NCBI GenBank assembly: GCA_024346625.1
Contig: AP024664.1
Span: 1,488,001 to 1,552,000, forward strand
Length of the DNA: 64,000 nucleotides
Direction of reading: 5' to 3'
DNA from: Williopsis jadinii
Lineage: Eukaryota
The translations under genes and the position numbers were made by a program. The notes below the pieces were generated by a model that saw only the letters and a program-made list of their open reading frames with translations, had not been told where the DNA came from and did no database searches. Every line of letters begins with the position of its first letter. The first letter of the stretch is position 1. Positions 22,218 to 34,672 of the stretch are shown piece after piece.

Positions 22218-23416
22218 ATGACCGAGACAATTACTATTCTCATCAAGTAAGTTGTGACCGAGTTCCTATACAAGTAGATGCTTTATGAGGCCCGACTAAC
22301 AGATGAAGGTCCTCTACTGGTAAGAAGTTGGAAGTTTCCATCGCAACGGACGCCACCGTTGAAGAGCTAAAGACCAAAATCTCTGAGCAAAGCGAGGATG
22401 ATTTGCCAGTTTCATCACAGCGCTTGATCTACTCTGGTAGGGTTCTCAAGGATAATGAGACCATTGAGTTCTACAAGATTAAAGATGGTCACACTGTTCA
22501 TTTGGTTAAGAGCGTCAACAAGTCTGCTGCCGCTGCTCAAACACCGGCAACATCAACCTCAGACACAAGCAACGCGACACCATCTACCGCTGCTGCCAAC
22601 GCTGTTCCTTCTAATATTGCGACTGGAACTGGAAGTTTCAACCCATTGGCCGACTTGACTGGCGCAAGATATGCAGGTTATGCCCAACTTCCTTCTGCCT
22701 CTATGTTTGGCCCTGATAGCGGTATGACGATGCCAGATCCGGAGGAGATGGAACGTATGCTATCAAACCCGATGGTTCAACAGAGCATGAATGAGATGCT
22801 ATCCAATCCACAGATGGTTGATTTTTTGATCAATCAATCGCCAGGTATGCGTGCTCTCGGTCCCCAGGCGAGAGAGTTGCTCCAAAGTGAACAGTTCAGA
22901 AGTATGATCACCAATCCTCAGATGATGAGACAAATGAGACAAATGCAAGAAATGTTTGGTGGTACTCAATCCCAACCACAGGCTTTCCCTGCCCCAGGTG
23001 GTGCTGATTCTAATGCTTCAACCACTGAGGATACCGCAACGCCGGATGCGACTAGATCCACTAATACTCAACAACAACAAGCAGCGAACCCATTCGCTGC
23101 TATGTTCCCAGGAGGTTTACCACAGAACCCATTTGCACTATATGGCAATCCACAGGCCAACACTGGTGCTGCTGGTGCTAACCTGGGGGGTGCCAATGAT
23201 GCTGGTTTAATGCAGGCATTGATGGCATCTCTTGGTGGAAACGGCGGAAATGCACCAGCACAAGAAGACAATAGACCACCAGAGGAGAGATACGAATCTC
23301 AGTTGAGACAGTTGAATGATATGGGCTTCAACGACTTTGAGAGGAACGTTGCAGCTTTGAGAAGAGCTGGAGGAAGTGTACAAGGCGCTATAGAGAATCT
23401 TTTGAATGGGATTTGA
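22218..23416 (+). CDS. DSK2: Ubiquilin UBL-STI1-UBA proteasome shuttle; exons 22218-22246 and 22309-23416
   Basis: UBL domain (QRLIYSGRVLKD) and UBA domain (PPEERYESQLRQLNDMGF). A 62-nt intron GTAAGT..GACTAAC..AAG restores MTETITILIKSSTGKKLEV. Confidence 0.95.
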
Positions 23417-23500
23417 TCTGATGGCTACAACATATCGTAAGACAAGTTTCAAATAATGCAATATTAATGTTATAATAAGTGTTGTTCGTTAACTAATACC

Positions 23501-25027
23501 CTAAACCTTAGCTGTCGAATTATCACCACCTCGACTGGGGTGCAACACTGGTTCGGAATTCTCTAGGACGTCAGAATCATCCTCGAACTTGTGAATTTGT
23601 AAATCAACCTCCTCTTGGTGTGGCCATATGTAAGAACAAGTATGAAGAACCAATGCCAGGATGCATCCCAAGACGGCAAGTCCTACGCCTACGTACATGG
23701 CTGCTTGATATCCTTTGTATGTACTTGTGTTCCTTTTCAGTATCTGTGCCTCTGCTGTTCCAGCGAAACCTAACGTAATCGACATTGAGTAGTTAATCAT
23801 TGTAGAAACAAGAGAAGATGCCATACCTTGATGCTTTTTCGGTAAGTGTTCTGATAACACCAGTGATGCTGCTGGGAATGAGATATCCATACCAAAGCTC
23901 AGTATAACCATTTGTGGGAACAACATATGCCAATACATTTGATGGGGAGGTGTTTGCGAAAGCATCGTGATTCCAATCAGGAAAGCACATGTAGCAGCTA
24001 ATAAGAGATAGGAAGGGCGTACTCTTCTTATGAAGACATTGACAGAAAATGCAGCAATCACTCCAAACAGGGCGAATGTGAAATAGGTGAAACCAGTGTG
24101 AATTGGCGACCAACCGTTGATATTCATCAAGAGGCACCAGAAATAGAAGACATATATCGAGAAACTTCCCCAGCCAAATCCCACAGCAGACAGAATCAAC
24201 AGTATATGGGAGTTCATGATTTCTTTTGGAATGAGTGGATACTTGACCCTTTTTTCAATCTGGAAGAACGCCAATATTGAGAGGAACCCCACTATGAGTA
24301 AGACGATGATGTATGGGTTATCCCAACCAACAGCAGGTGCTTGGTTCCAGCTAAAGTTGAACAGAACTAGACCAGTTACACCAGTTATTGAGCCAAGCCA
24401 GTCAAATGTCACTTCTGGTGCCGCATGTCTTGGTATATTTGGGATGTAGATGTACGTTGCAACAGCCAAAATGGCGAAACATATCGAGTTTGAATAATAA
24501 GCCCATGGCCAGTGACCCTTTTCAGAGATGACAGCGCTAAAGATCGAACCCAATGCGGCACCAATAGGTGCCATGGCACCCACTAAACAGAACACAGCAG
24601 ATTTCTTCTTCGAGCCATTTTGATATAGCGTGCCGATGATTCCAATGGCATTTGGAAGTACAAAGGCCAACCCGATCCCGTGTAAAGCACGACAAATACA
24701 GAAGAACACCACTGAGTTGGTGTACGAGGTCAATCCTGTAATTAGAGTCCAAATCATACCCCAGACGAGTCCAAAGAGCATTGATCTCTTCAATCCATAA
24801 AGATCTCCAAATTTTCCAGAGATGAGGATGAAGGCACCAGCAGTCAAGGGGAAAGAGGCCATAAACCACACCTTGTCCGTAGGCGTCACACCAGAGAACT
24901 CGTCACCGAGGATGTTCATCATCGGAAGCGACTGTGTGGAACCAGCCTGGTTCAGAATCTGGGCCATGCAGATAATGAAGATTGATACAATCTCATGGGT
25001 ATTCGAGTCAAACCCTTCTGTGGCCAT
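23501..25027 (-). CDS. ATR1: DHA2-family MFS efflux pump, Atr1/YMR279C-like
   Basis: Many transmembrane segments with WFMASFPLT.GAFILISGKFGDLYGLK, WNQAP.VGW and GMDISFPA. First ATG at 25027. Syntenic. Confidence 0.88.
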   Translation of the reverse strand: MATEGFDSNTHEIVSIFIICMAQILNQAGSTQSLPMMNILGDEFSGVTPTDKVWFMASFPLTAGAFILISGKFGDLYGLKRSMLFGLVWGMIWTLITGLTSYTNSVVFFCICRALHGIGLAFVLPNAIGIIGTLYQNGSKKKSAVFCLVGAMAPIGAALGSIFSAVISEKGHWPWAYYSNSICFAILAVATYIYIPNIPRHAAPEVTFDWLGSITGVTGLVLFNFSWNQAPAVGWDNPYIIVLLIVGFLSILAFFQIEKRVKYPLIPKEIMNSHILLILSAVGFGWGSFSIYVFYFWCLLMNINGWSPIHTGFTYFTFALFGVIAAFSVNVFIRRVRPSYLLLAATCAFLIGITMLSQTPPHQMYWHMLFPQMVILSFGMDISFPAASLVLSEHLPKKHQGMASSLVSTMINYSMSITLGFAGTAEAQILKRNTSTYKGYQAAMYVGVGLAVLGCILALVLHTCSYIWPHQEEVDLQIHKFEDDSDVLENSEPVLHPSRGGDNSTAKV

Positions 25028-25598
25028 GGTTTCCTTTATCTCTTGCTCTACTAACGAACTCGAAAGCAGACGCTGCAACACTACGTGGAAACTCGATTAT
25101 ATTTATACAAAGATCTCATACGAGTACTCCACCTAGAAACAAAAAAAAAAACTTTCGCTTACTCGTTTGCATATGGCTGACATATTGATGAGAAATTGTA
25201 GATTCTGTGGAAAGCCCGACGGTATTAATGGAATGTATCGGCGAAAGCATCTGATTACTTATCTGGGACATTTTCGCTTGCCAGTAAGCGACAATTTCAC
25301 CCAAATTGAAGAACACTGGCTGGGCAGAATTTACCCGAAAATTGTAGTGAGTGCGCCTACTCACAGCCACAATTTCCACATTTAGAGAAGGGGCCAATGG
25401 CCAATGGAGATCCGGTACACACACTCCGGAAAGGTCTTTAGTGTTAGGGACACACACGACATCCACACACCACTTCCAGTGTGTTTACCATGGGCTTCAA
25501 AAAGCTTTTGTGTGACGTTCGTGCAAACAGCGGGCATATTCAAAGGCTTCAAGCTATTGGTGTCGTAAATACTGCTGATAAAGCATCTGTGAGGGACG

Positions 25599-27044
25599 AT
25601 GACGACTGATTCGCTAGACACCAAGGAAGTGCTCCTTGTGCGATGCTTAGCTGCACATTTGAAAGATGATTTGAGCGTTGAAAATTGCTCAGAAGCTGCC
25701 CTTTTCAAGTTGTTTGAATCGTTCTCGATCAGAATGGACGACATGTTGAGCGATATACGCCAGTTGATAACAATCCAGCGTCGTCAGAAGAGAGTCAGTG
25801 TACTAGATTTGAAGAGCATTTACAAATTTACGGACTATTTGGGCTCTATGGATGGGCTAGCTAATGAGGTGACAAGAGCGAAAAATGCTACTGAGAGTGT
25901 GAAGTCGATATTAAGATCGGAAGAGGAAAGAATGGACGAAGATGGAGAATGCGACAAGGATACATCGAAATTATTCACGTATGATGGTGATATAATTGAA
26001 TTGCTTCATCCATCGACGAAAAAAGGGTTACCGTATTGGGTTCCACAGCTACCTCCAGATCACACTTATCGGAAGACACCTGATTACCCCAAGAGAACCA
26101 CAGATCAAATTCAAGTGAGGAAAAAATTGGCCGAGGAGAGTGAACTGGGTGAAATGGCATTGGATGGCTTAATGCACGAGGAAGATGAGTCAAGCAATAA
26201 AGTAGAATCCCCCAATGACGATAACGAAATAGAGGATGATGCCATCATCAACGAGGAGCATAAGGTCAGTGATATCTCTGGAGATGGACAAAGACTGACC
26301 ATACCTGCAAATCTACCTTTTGATATCGTAGAATATGCAAATAAGAGACTGCATCATCTCGATTCCAAAAAAGTTGAAAAGACCAAACCGTTGAATACGT
26401 TGATTAGATTAACTGTGAACGAATCGCCGTATGGGGAAGACTTGGAACTATCGGCGTCTGAAGCTATTGATAAACAGTACAACAAGGTACTGAGAAGCTT
26501 TAAAGCATTAAAGAAGCGGAAGGAGATGAGAGCCATTGAATTAGCAGAGCTCAGAGAAAAGGCCAAGATTGAAGCGCAGAAGAAATCCAGTGAAGTGCTG
26601 TTACAACAGAGTGACGATAAAGACAATGGCCTTGAATTGTTTGGAGTTGAAGGTGATAATGACAATGACCTTTTCAAAGGCAACAACTTATTTGAACAGG
26701 ATGGAACTATTAATACTGCCGATACTGTTAGTACCAGTGAGAATGTGATAGAAAGAGCTGGAAGGGAACCGATTGTCGAACCATCTGAGCCGGTTGTTAA
26801 GAACAATACTAGCTTATCCGAACCTTTTCGGTTGCCAAATGAAGGTGATCTTGACATTGATGAAGACTTTGGATTACAAGAAGCCACTACAGGGGTACAA
26901 CCACCAGCCCAGACAACAACCCAAAACTCAGAGAATACGATAAAACAAACAAGTCCAGATTTGTTCCCTTCAATCCAAGGAGAAGAGCTTCAAGTGGATG
27001 GGGTTTCTAGTGACGAAGATGACGTAATGTTCGAAGACGTTTAA
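25599..27044 (+). CDS. TAF8: TFIID subunit 8
   Basis: N-terminal histone-fold-like region and the Taf8 motif WVPQLPPDHTYRKTP...RKKLAEESELGEMAL. Syntenic with DAT1 and VAN1. Confidence 0.82.
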   Translation: MTTDSLDTKEVLLVRCLAAHLKDDLSVENCSEAALFKLFESFSIRMDDMLSDIRQLITIQRRQKRVSVLDLKSIYKFTDYLGSMDGLANEVTRAKNATESVKSILRSEEERMDEDGECDKDTSKLFTYDGDIIELLHPSTKKGLPYWVPQLPPDHTYRKTPDYPKRTTDQIQVRKKLAEESELGEMALDGLMHEEDESSNKVESPNDDNEIEDDAIINEEHKVSDISGDGQRLTIPANLPFDIVEYANKRLHHLDSKKVEKTKPLNTLIRLTVNESPYGEDLELSASEAIDKQYNKVLRSFKALKKRKEMRAIELAELREKAKIEAQKKSSEVLLQQSDDKDNGLELFGVEGDNDNDLFKGNNLFEQDGTINTADTVSTSENVIERAGREPIVEPSEPVVKNNTSLSEPFRLPNEGDLDIDEDFGLQEATTGVQPPAQTTTQNSENTIKQTSPDLFPSIQGEELQVDGVSSDEDDVMFEDV

Positions 27045-27562
27045 TTGGTTTCTATTTAGTTAATAAAGGGAATATCGACATGTTTACCATTTGGTTTGCG
27101 TACGCCCATTAGTTCGTTTCCCCAGTTGCGAATTTGCGATGCCGCTACTAAGTCTCTTATTTTTTTAAGTTTATTCTCTGTGTTTTCCCTCTGTTTTTGG
27201 GTTTTGAGTGATCGCTTTTGGGCGCCTTCCAAATTTGAAGGAGAAACACAGTGCAGCGTTGTTCTAACAACAAAAAAGTTTATATAATTCGAAGGAAAGA
27301 CCGTTTTCGTTTTTGTGTTGCAATTTTCAAGTAGCCAGCGAAAAACCATCCCCCATAAAAAAACAAACTCCGGGTAAACAGATTTCACATTATACTGTTA
27401 TTCATTGAGCATCTCAAGTTATAACGGGCATATGCACCATAAGAGAACCATTGCAAGGCATTGATATTTCAGTTATTTCATTGTCTTTGTTTCTTGTGTC
27501 CTTTTCTCTCTTTTTTTTGGTTTTGTTTTGTCTTTATTTCTTTTCCGCGTTGCGAATACACC

Positions 27563-29560
27563 ATGTCATCGTTGACCGCAATCCAGTTCCCAAAGTCTAC
27601 ACCGTTCCCAGTGAAGATTCTATCGATAAAGGCATCTGTTGGTGATGATATCAAGAGACATCAGGTGTTACTGAACTATTCATACTGGGAATACCAAGAC
27701 GTTGCTATTTCCGAAGATAGGGATGATTCTGAGGAGCCTCGCTACCACAAGCGCAGGGTTGACTTGGTTGGTACATTTGAGTGTCCGATTGATGGAGTGC
27801 TAAAGGAGATTTGTGTGAACGTGCAGGACGAGATCATTAGTGATGAGCAAACCCTTGTTAAGTTGGAAGAGCCGTGCTCACATTCGATCCAGTACGGTGG
27901 TTTATGTGCACTTTGTGGTAAATCACTAGACGAGGATTTGGACTATTCCGGGTTTAAGAACGAAGACAGGGCTCCGATCGCCATGTCGCATGGCACAAAT
28001 AACCTCAAAGTGTCCAAAGACGAAGCTACAAAAGTTGAGAAGCTGTGGACTAAGTCCTTGGTAAAACAGAGGAAGTTAATCCTCGTTGTCGATTTGGATC
28101 AAACAGTGATACATGCCACAGTTGACCCAACCATTGGCGAATGGATGAGAAATGAACAAAATCCAAACTATCCATCATTAAAAGACGTGAAATCCTTTAC
28201 CCTAGACGAAGAGACCAAGACTCCGGTATATTCAATCTTCAAGAGAACCTATTTCGTCAAACTCAGACCCGGGCTACAAAAATTCTTGGACTCTGTTTCA
28301 CAGAAGTACGAATTACACATTTACACCATGGGTACACGGGCGTATGCTAAGGAAATTGCCAGATGCATAGATCCAGATGGATCGATATTTGCAGATCGTA
28401 TTCTTTCAAGAGATGAAAGTGGGTCCATAACGAGTAAATCGCTCGAAAGATTGTTCCCAACCGATACCTCGATGGTTGTTATCATTGACGATAGAGGAGA
28501 TGTTTGGAATTGGAGTGATCACTTAATAAAAGTTGTGCCGTATGATTTCTTCGTCGGTATTGGTGATATCAACTCGAATTTCCTCCCAAGGCAGAAATCG
28601 TTACTGGGACCAAGTAAGAGGCGTAAATCCATTGAACAATTGGAGGAAAAATTGCAAGAGTCCGGAGATGACCAAGAGAGCTTGGATGAACAGGCACGTG
28701 ATAGACCGTTGGCTAAATTGCAGAAGGATTTAGACACGATGGAGTCGCACCCAGAGAGATTGTTGTATGACGAAGATGATGAGTTGAAAGGGTTGGAGAA
28801 GGCCCTTTTAAGCATCCATTCGACCTTCTACGATTCATTTGACCAAGGTGAAACTCCAGATGTTGCAACAATATTACCGTCGATGAAGGTTCCTATATTT
28901 GAAGGATTCCGTCTTGTCTTTAGCGGACTATTGCCTCTCGGATCTAACATCTCAAACGAGTCCATCGTTCAATGGGCACGTTCCTTTGGCGCCATTGTTG
29001 ATTCTGAGGTTAGACCAGAGACGACACATGTAATTGCAAAGAACCAGTATACTTTCAAGGCATGTTTAGCAAAGACCATGATTGAAGATGTAAAGATTGT
29101 ACATCCTGATTGGTTATTCCATTGCATGTCACATTGGAAAAGGTTGAAAACCGAAGATTATGAGCTCGATTTCGACAAGTCGAAGTTGCTTCCAGCAGCC
29201 CAGGTTGAGAAGTACATGGAGAGGCTGAATGAGGTGAAATCTCGGGAGGAATCTCCAGCGCTGGATGATATTGAAGACAAGGATGACCTTCTTGGTGGAG
29301 ATATGAACTGGTTAGACGATGAGGAGGAGGAAGATCTTTCCGACGACGACGACGATGAAGACGAGGAGGACGAGGCACATACGTTGAAGCGTGGAATAGC
29401 CGACGAGGAGGAGGACGGAACCAAGAGGATCAGACTAGAGCATGCCACTGGTCGAGACCGCGATACACAAGAGAACAAGAACGACAACGACAGCGATGAC
29501 GATGACGATGATTATGACGATGAACTTGCAGCTGAGCTAATGGATGAATTGGAACAGTAA
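27563..29560 (+). CDS. FCP1: RNA polymerase II CTD phosphatase
   Basis: LVVDLDQTVIH (DxDxT), VKLRPGL, IIDDRGDVW, a BRCT domain (LVFSG..VHPDWL) and an acidic tail. First ATG at 27563. Confidence 0.97.
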   Translation: MSSLTAIQFPKSTPFPVKILSIKASVGDDIKRHQVLLNYSYWEYQDVAISEDRDDSEEPRYHKRRVDLVGTFECPIDGVLKEICVNVQDEIISDEQTLVKLEEPCSHSIQYGGLCALCGKSLDEDLDYSGFKNEDRAPIAMSHGTNNLKVSKDEATKVEKLWTKSLVKQRKLILVVDLDQTVIHATVDPTIGEWMRNEQNPNYPSLKDVKSFTLDEETKTPVYSIFKRTYFVKLRPGLQKFLDSVSQKYELHIYTMGTRAYAKEIARCIDPDGSIFADRILSRDESGSITSKSLERLFPTDTSMVVIIDDRGDVWNWSDHLIKVVPYDFFVGIGDINSNFLPRQKSLLGPSKRRKSIEQLEEKLQESGDDQESLDEQARDRPLAKLQKDLDTMESHPERLLYDEDDELKGLEKALLSIHSTFYDSFDQGETPDVATILPSMKVPIFEGFRLVFSGLLPLGSNISNESIVQWARSFGAIVDSEVRPETTHVIAKNQYTFKACLAKTMIEDVKIVHPDWLFHCMSHWKRLKTEDYELDFDKSKLLPAAQVEKYMERLNEVKSREESPALDDIEDKDDLLGGDMNWLDDEEEEDLSDDDDDEDEEDEAHTLKRGIADEEEDGTKRIRLEHATGRDRDTQENKNDNDSDDDDDDYDDELAAELMDELEQ

Positions 29561-30300
29561 CTGTTACAGATAATACCGGTGTTACAACACTCACACTCAA
29601 ATACGCATATTGATTGTACATACCCCCTTCATGGTACTTATAACAAGACCTTTTTAGTAACTGCACGATGTAAGCGGAGTGCCATCACTCAGCCAAAAAG
29701 GCAGTGGAAGAGCGTTCCAGACCCTTATCTTCGAAGTGGTAGGCGCACGCTCTTGTTTACCTTCTCGGCCTGAGCGTTTAGGGGGCCCGGCGGTGAGTGC
29801 GAAAACAACTTCTCAGGCAAAGTGTGCATAGCACATACTGCCTGTGTGCTTGCGTGTACGTTTTTCTCCCCGTATCCATTCAGCGTATAAACAGCGTTAG
29901 ACAATGAAGTGTTGGCTCCATAGCGTGTTTTTCCCGTCAACCATTGTTACTGAGTGCTCTGTATAGGCACTGATTGTGCAGCAGCATAGTGCTAACCCAT
30001 AGCTGTCCAAGATAGTTAAAAACAGATACAATCACTCCTGTCCACATTGTAATCGCGTCCAGATCGTAGAATTTTCATTTCCTAATTGGGAAATGTTTCG
30101 AGAGTTGGGCGTACCGCGCAAGGTAACCCAGAGCATAAACTTTTTTTTTGTTTTTGTTTGTGGGCTTGGAAGTTGTGTGTAAGCCTTGTTTTGGACATTT
30201 GGACATTTGGTTGTTGTGGTTGTTGTGGTTGTTGAACATTGCGATCCACTCCTTCTCGTCACACAAAACCTCGAATTGGATCTTTCGTCACCTGTTCATC

Positions 30301-31791
30301 ATGAGACTAAAACTGCTGACAGTGTTAGCGTCCACTGTGAGTGGTCTCTTGCCAACTTTGGAGAATCGCTTCATCGAGGAAGACGACGGCTCTGTTAAAT
30401 ATGTCTCGGATTATACAGAAGACGACGGGTCTTCATCGACATCGGTAAAGACAATAGGAATTGCCACCACTGATGACGATTTATACGCTATTGACACAGT
30501 ACAGCGGGATGCTTCTTCGCCTGTAATTCTTAATTTGATTCCTGGCATATCGCTGCTACAGACCGACCAGAACCATGAATGTTATTTCGTAAACACAACA
30601 ATTGGGACCTCTGTGTTCCCCTTGATTGTGGACACTGGATCTGCTTATCTATGGGTGTACGGTGATGACTGTCAGCAGGAGCTATGCCAGGCGGCCTCTG
30701 TGTACACCCCTTCAGCGTCTTCAGCTTCAACTTCAACGGAGACCTTTGCTCTGGCATATGTCACCGGTACCGCATCTGGTGAAGTTGTACAGGACAACAT
30801 CATTGTTAATAGACTGGCAACAACTGAGCAGTTTAGATTTGGCGTTGCAGATCAAGTGCCAGACTTCTTTGCAAGTTATCCAGTTTCCGGTATCTTTGGA
30901 CTTCCATCCTCAGATTCTTCCTCCATTGAAAGTATCATTTCGGCGTTGTACGATTCTAACGCCATTGCATCGAAAAGGTTCTCAATCGCATTAGGCGAGG
31001 TTGGTATCTCACAGGAAAATTCATCGTCAGAGTTTAATAACGCAGGGATCTTTGCCATTGGTGAACCCATCGAAGAGTTGTACACAGGTGAAATCAAATA
31101 TTCTTCATTGCTGAATGACGCTGGAACATACTGGAAGATCCAAATCGAGCAAGTGGTCATTGGCGATACACTTGTTCAGTTTAACGAATCAGATACTATT
31201 AACGGAGTTGAATCAACCATTGCACGTGCTGCTATTGTGGATTCCGGTACCACGGTTTTGGCCTTGCCTGAACAAGACGCATTGGATTTACACACATTCT
31301 TCGAGCTGTCCATCACTGACGGTACAAATTTCGCAGTTCTATGTAACAGCACACTCAACATTAACTTGCAGTTAAATGGTCACAATTGGACGTTGACTGC
31401 TGATGAATACCTCGGAGATCCCTACGCAACTGATTCACCTTTCTACGGATACTGTGTCTCAAATATCCAAGGTATCCAGGGAATGGAGTCCTGGATCTTG
31501 GGGGCCGTGTTCTTGAAAACAGTCTATGCAGACTTTAATCTTGAGGAGCAGGAAGTTGGTTTTGCAACCCGTAATGATAACGTTATTTTGACATCTACAG
31601 AGACTTCTTCATCTTCAAGCGTTACATCACAGGCTTACTATGGTAATGTTACAGAGCTACAATCGTCTCTAGTGACATCTACAAGCACGGCATCTCAAAC
31701 GACAAGTAGCTCCACTTATCGTGGTGAGGGTTTGGCTCTCACAGTTACATTACCAACCATCTTCGTATCAGTTTTGGCATTTTTACTATAG
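30301..31791 (+). CDS. Secreted, probably GPI-anchored pepsin-family aspartyl protease (yapsin/CtsD-like)
   Basis: Signal peptide MRLKLLTVLASTVSG, catalytic motifs VDTGS and VDSGTT, WILGAVFL, an S/T-rich stalk and a hydrophobic C-terminal tail. Confidence 0.9.
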   Translation: MRLKLLTVLASTVSGLLPTLENRFIEEDDGSVKYVSDYTEDDGSSSTSVKTIGIATTDDDLYAIDTVQRDASSPVILNLIPGISLLQTDQNHECYFVNTTIGTSVFPLIVDTGSAYLWVYGDDCQQELCQAASVYTPSASSASTSTETFALAYVTGTASGEVVQDNIIVNRLATTEQFRFGVADQVPDFFASYPVSGIFGLPSSDSSSIESIISALYDSNAIASKRFSIALGEVGISQENSSSEFNNAGIFAIGEPIEELYTGEIKYSSLLNDAGTYWKIQIEQVVIGDTLVQFNESDTINGVESTIARAAIVDSGTTVLALPEQDALDLHTFFELSITDGTNFAVLCNSTLNINLQLNGHNWTLTADEYLGDPYATDSPFYGYCVSNIQGIQGMESWILGAVFLKTVYADFNLEEQEVGFATRNDNVILTSTETSSSSSVTSQAYYGNVTELQSSLVTSTSTASQTTSSSTYRGEGLALTVTLPTIFVSVLAFLL

Positions 31792-32164
31792 AAAGGAAAA
31801 AAAAGTGGTTGGTTATGATCGACATTTGATTTTACTTCGTTTCCCGTTTGACACCTCTATATTTCTTGATATTTGTTCAGTTCTTCTCTGTCACCGAATT
31901 TGTGATACCAGTTGCAGTTTCCAGTTAGCTACCATATAGATATAACTGCAATTACATTATATGATCTTTGTTATGACGAAGCTCATACCATCATTCCAAA
32001 AAGGGAAGACGTTAGTCGTATATTTGCATGTTTTGTTGATTTCCTTTATTCTTACACCATTATATTCACACCACACTGTAGTCATATATATAATCACATC
32101 TCTTTCTCTATAGTGCTCCAAGAATATCAACATATGAGAATACTATTAACGTTGTTCAACCAGA

Positions 32165-33638
32165 TCATTCACGATTCCCGGATCTCCGTTTTTTACGCTC
32201 CTTTTTAGCAATCTCTTTTAGATCATCCTCAGATGGTTCATAAATATGCCAGATGGTGTAGTGAGGTAATCCACCAACTTTGAAGCCCATCTTCTTCGCC
32301 ATCTTTCCAAAGGCCTCTGTCTCAGCATGGTTAAGGAAAGTAAAGGCTGGAAATTGGACACCTTGTCTGAAGATCTTAGCCTTTGCCAAGATGGATACAC
32401 CTCCAACACCGTCCAAGTTGACAAGTTCATCCGGGTTTCCATCTGGTTTTCTGATGTAACCAAGATGTACTCTCCATGTTGGGTATTCTGCATAACCTTC
32501 AACGATAACGTCATCTTCATCCAGCTTCTTGGCCAATGCTAAACCTTGTTCACTTTCCATCCACGAGTTGAGATCATATGCTTGTTCCTTACCCAAGAAT
32601 TCCGGTAAAGGTCTCCAAACGTTCGGTACTATAACGTCGTAATCGAATTTCATCAAGTTCTGGATGATATCACCGGGCATAAGCTCAACATCGGCATCAC
32701 GCCAATAGACCCAAGAGTGATAAGGCTTCAAGGCATTTGCCGTCAGCCAGTTACGTGCTCTTCCCATGAGTTTACGTCTGATACCTTGCACTTTCACATC
32801 GTGGCGATCTGTGAATCCCTGGCCGATAACTTGACCAAAGTCCTTCTTGAAGATTTCAACTGACCTGAAAGGTGTATCATAACCTTTGTGGAATGGCGGA
32901 GCAAACGACTTTTCTCTTTGATCCAAGTACTCGGGACTCATATAGTTGAGGTGTAGCTCAGTAGATCCCTTTACAGGTTTCTCCTTATCCTCTAGGTCCA
33001 GGACTTTGGATAAATTGCCGTGTTGCAAAGCAATTGTATAGTCAAAAAGCGCCTCCAAAGTATGATCGTCTGGTGAGCAGTCGCTAACCAAGAAGGCAAC
33101 GTCAATCAACGAGTGTGGATATGTCAAGTTCATCATGTGTTTGAACATCAAGGGCAGCACGGATTCTGCGTTACGCAGCGGAATCAATAGCAGGATCAAA
33201 TCGCCTTGTTCTTCACCGTCTGGGTGTCCTTGATAGTCATTGAGGTCCCAATACTCCACAGTGGAGTGGTATAATGCCTCTTTATCCTTCAAATACTCAG
33301 TGTACTGCGGTGTACCCTGGGTCACAGTGTCCTCGTGATCTATCAACCATTTGTCAACTCCCTCGTCATATTTACTCAACCTCTCAAAGTCCATGGCTCT
33401 TAGTAGCTTCTCCTCGTCTGAATAGTGGAGTACCTCACTGTGCGAAGGCCAAAAAAACCACCATAGCAGTATCACTGTCAGTGCATACACCAATGGTTTC
33501 TTTAGCCATTTCTTCAATTTCGGCTGTTCTCTGGGATGGAACTGACTATCAAAACATGTTAGCTTGGGTCTCACGTCACCGCTGTGCAGACAATCACACT
33601 TACTGCAATGGAAGATCGCTTTTCTTGGGATGAAACAT
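32165..33638 (-). CDS. VAN1: Mannan polymerase I subunit (GT62); exons 33638-33604 and 33545-32165
   Basis: Type II transmembrane anchor and RRKLMGRARNWLTANALKPYHSWVYWRDADVE. A 58-nt intron GTAAGT..GCTAAC..TAG gives MFHPKKSDLPLHQFHPRE. Confidence 0.93.
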
Positions 33639-34672
33639 CTTCACAAAGCCGCTCAGACCTCTTATCCGTGTGTCGAAGGCAGCCTGTGCGTATGGGGAGA
33701 GCGGTTGAGGTTGCCAGTTGTAGTTGGTCTAATCTCAGATTACACAGCAAAAGCGGATCACACGTATACAAATCGGCTTGTTTGGAAGGGTTTTCTTGAA
33801 GACAACGATAGGGACACGGTTAGAGAAAACGGTGTCCTTTTGTAGACTTTTGGGGACTTTTGCGCCAGATGTGAAACTGCTGTCAGGGCGCGAAAAGACA
33901 CAGCAAAATGACAGCAAAACTGATTAGTGGCAGGAAAAGTGGCTCAAGCCCAACAATTAAAGATCATTTCACAAGCTCTGTAGTTCGCTCGTATTGTCTA
34001 CCATTCAGTCAGGAAGGGACTAGAGGTTGTCCTCATCATGAGCCAGTGTAGACCATCCATTCACCACGCGTCGTTCACGCAGCTGGAAGGCGTGTGTCTT
34101 TACCACTTTGCTGCGATAATCGACGTTCGGACATGATTATCGGATTTATCACTGAATTATATCAGCTGTGATTTAATGTAACACTTTACAATTATGACAT
34201 CGTTTTTAGGATATGATAACATGAAACATAAACCCTCAAGATTCAAGTGTTTCTCTACAATGGTTTAAAATGCACTCCTTGAACTATTATATTTCCTCTT
34301 TATAAAGTCCCTAGAACTTAACCTTCGTCTCTTATATTTCTGAGTTATGTTATTATTAAGATTATTCTTATTGTTATTATCATATCAACTATTCTACAAG
34401 CCATACCGTGCGAATGGAACAATATACATCCGAGTGTTAGCGAAAGATATATTGTGACGTCGATATAACTGGAAACAGTAAGCTGGACCCCAAAGAGCTC
34501 AACCGCGACATCCTCATCAAGTGTCTTGTCGCATCTCAATAGACACACACAAGGAGTGCGTTCCTGCTCTTCCAGAGAAATCACTACCTTTATGATATCT
34601 CCTGGACTTTATAAGGAGCACAGAATGATACATTTTAATGAAACGTGACTTTTACATCTATGACACCAGCAA

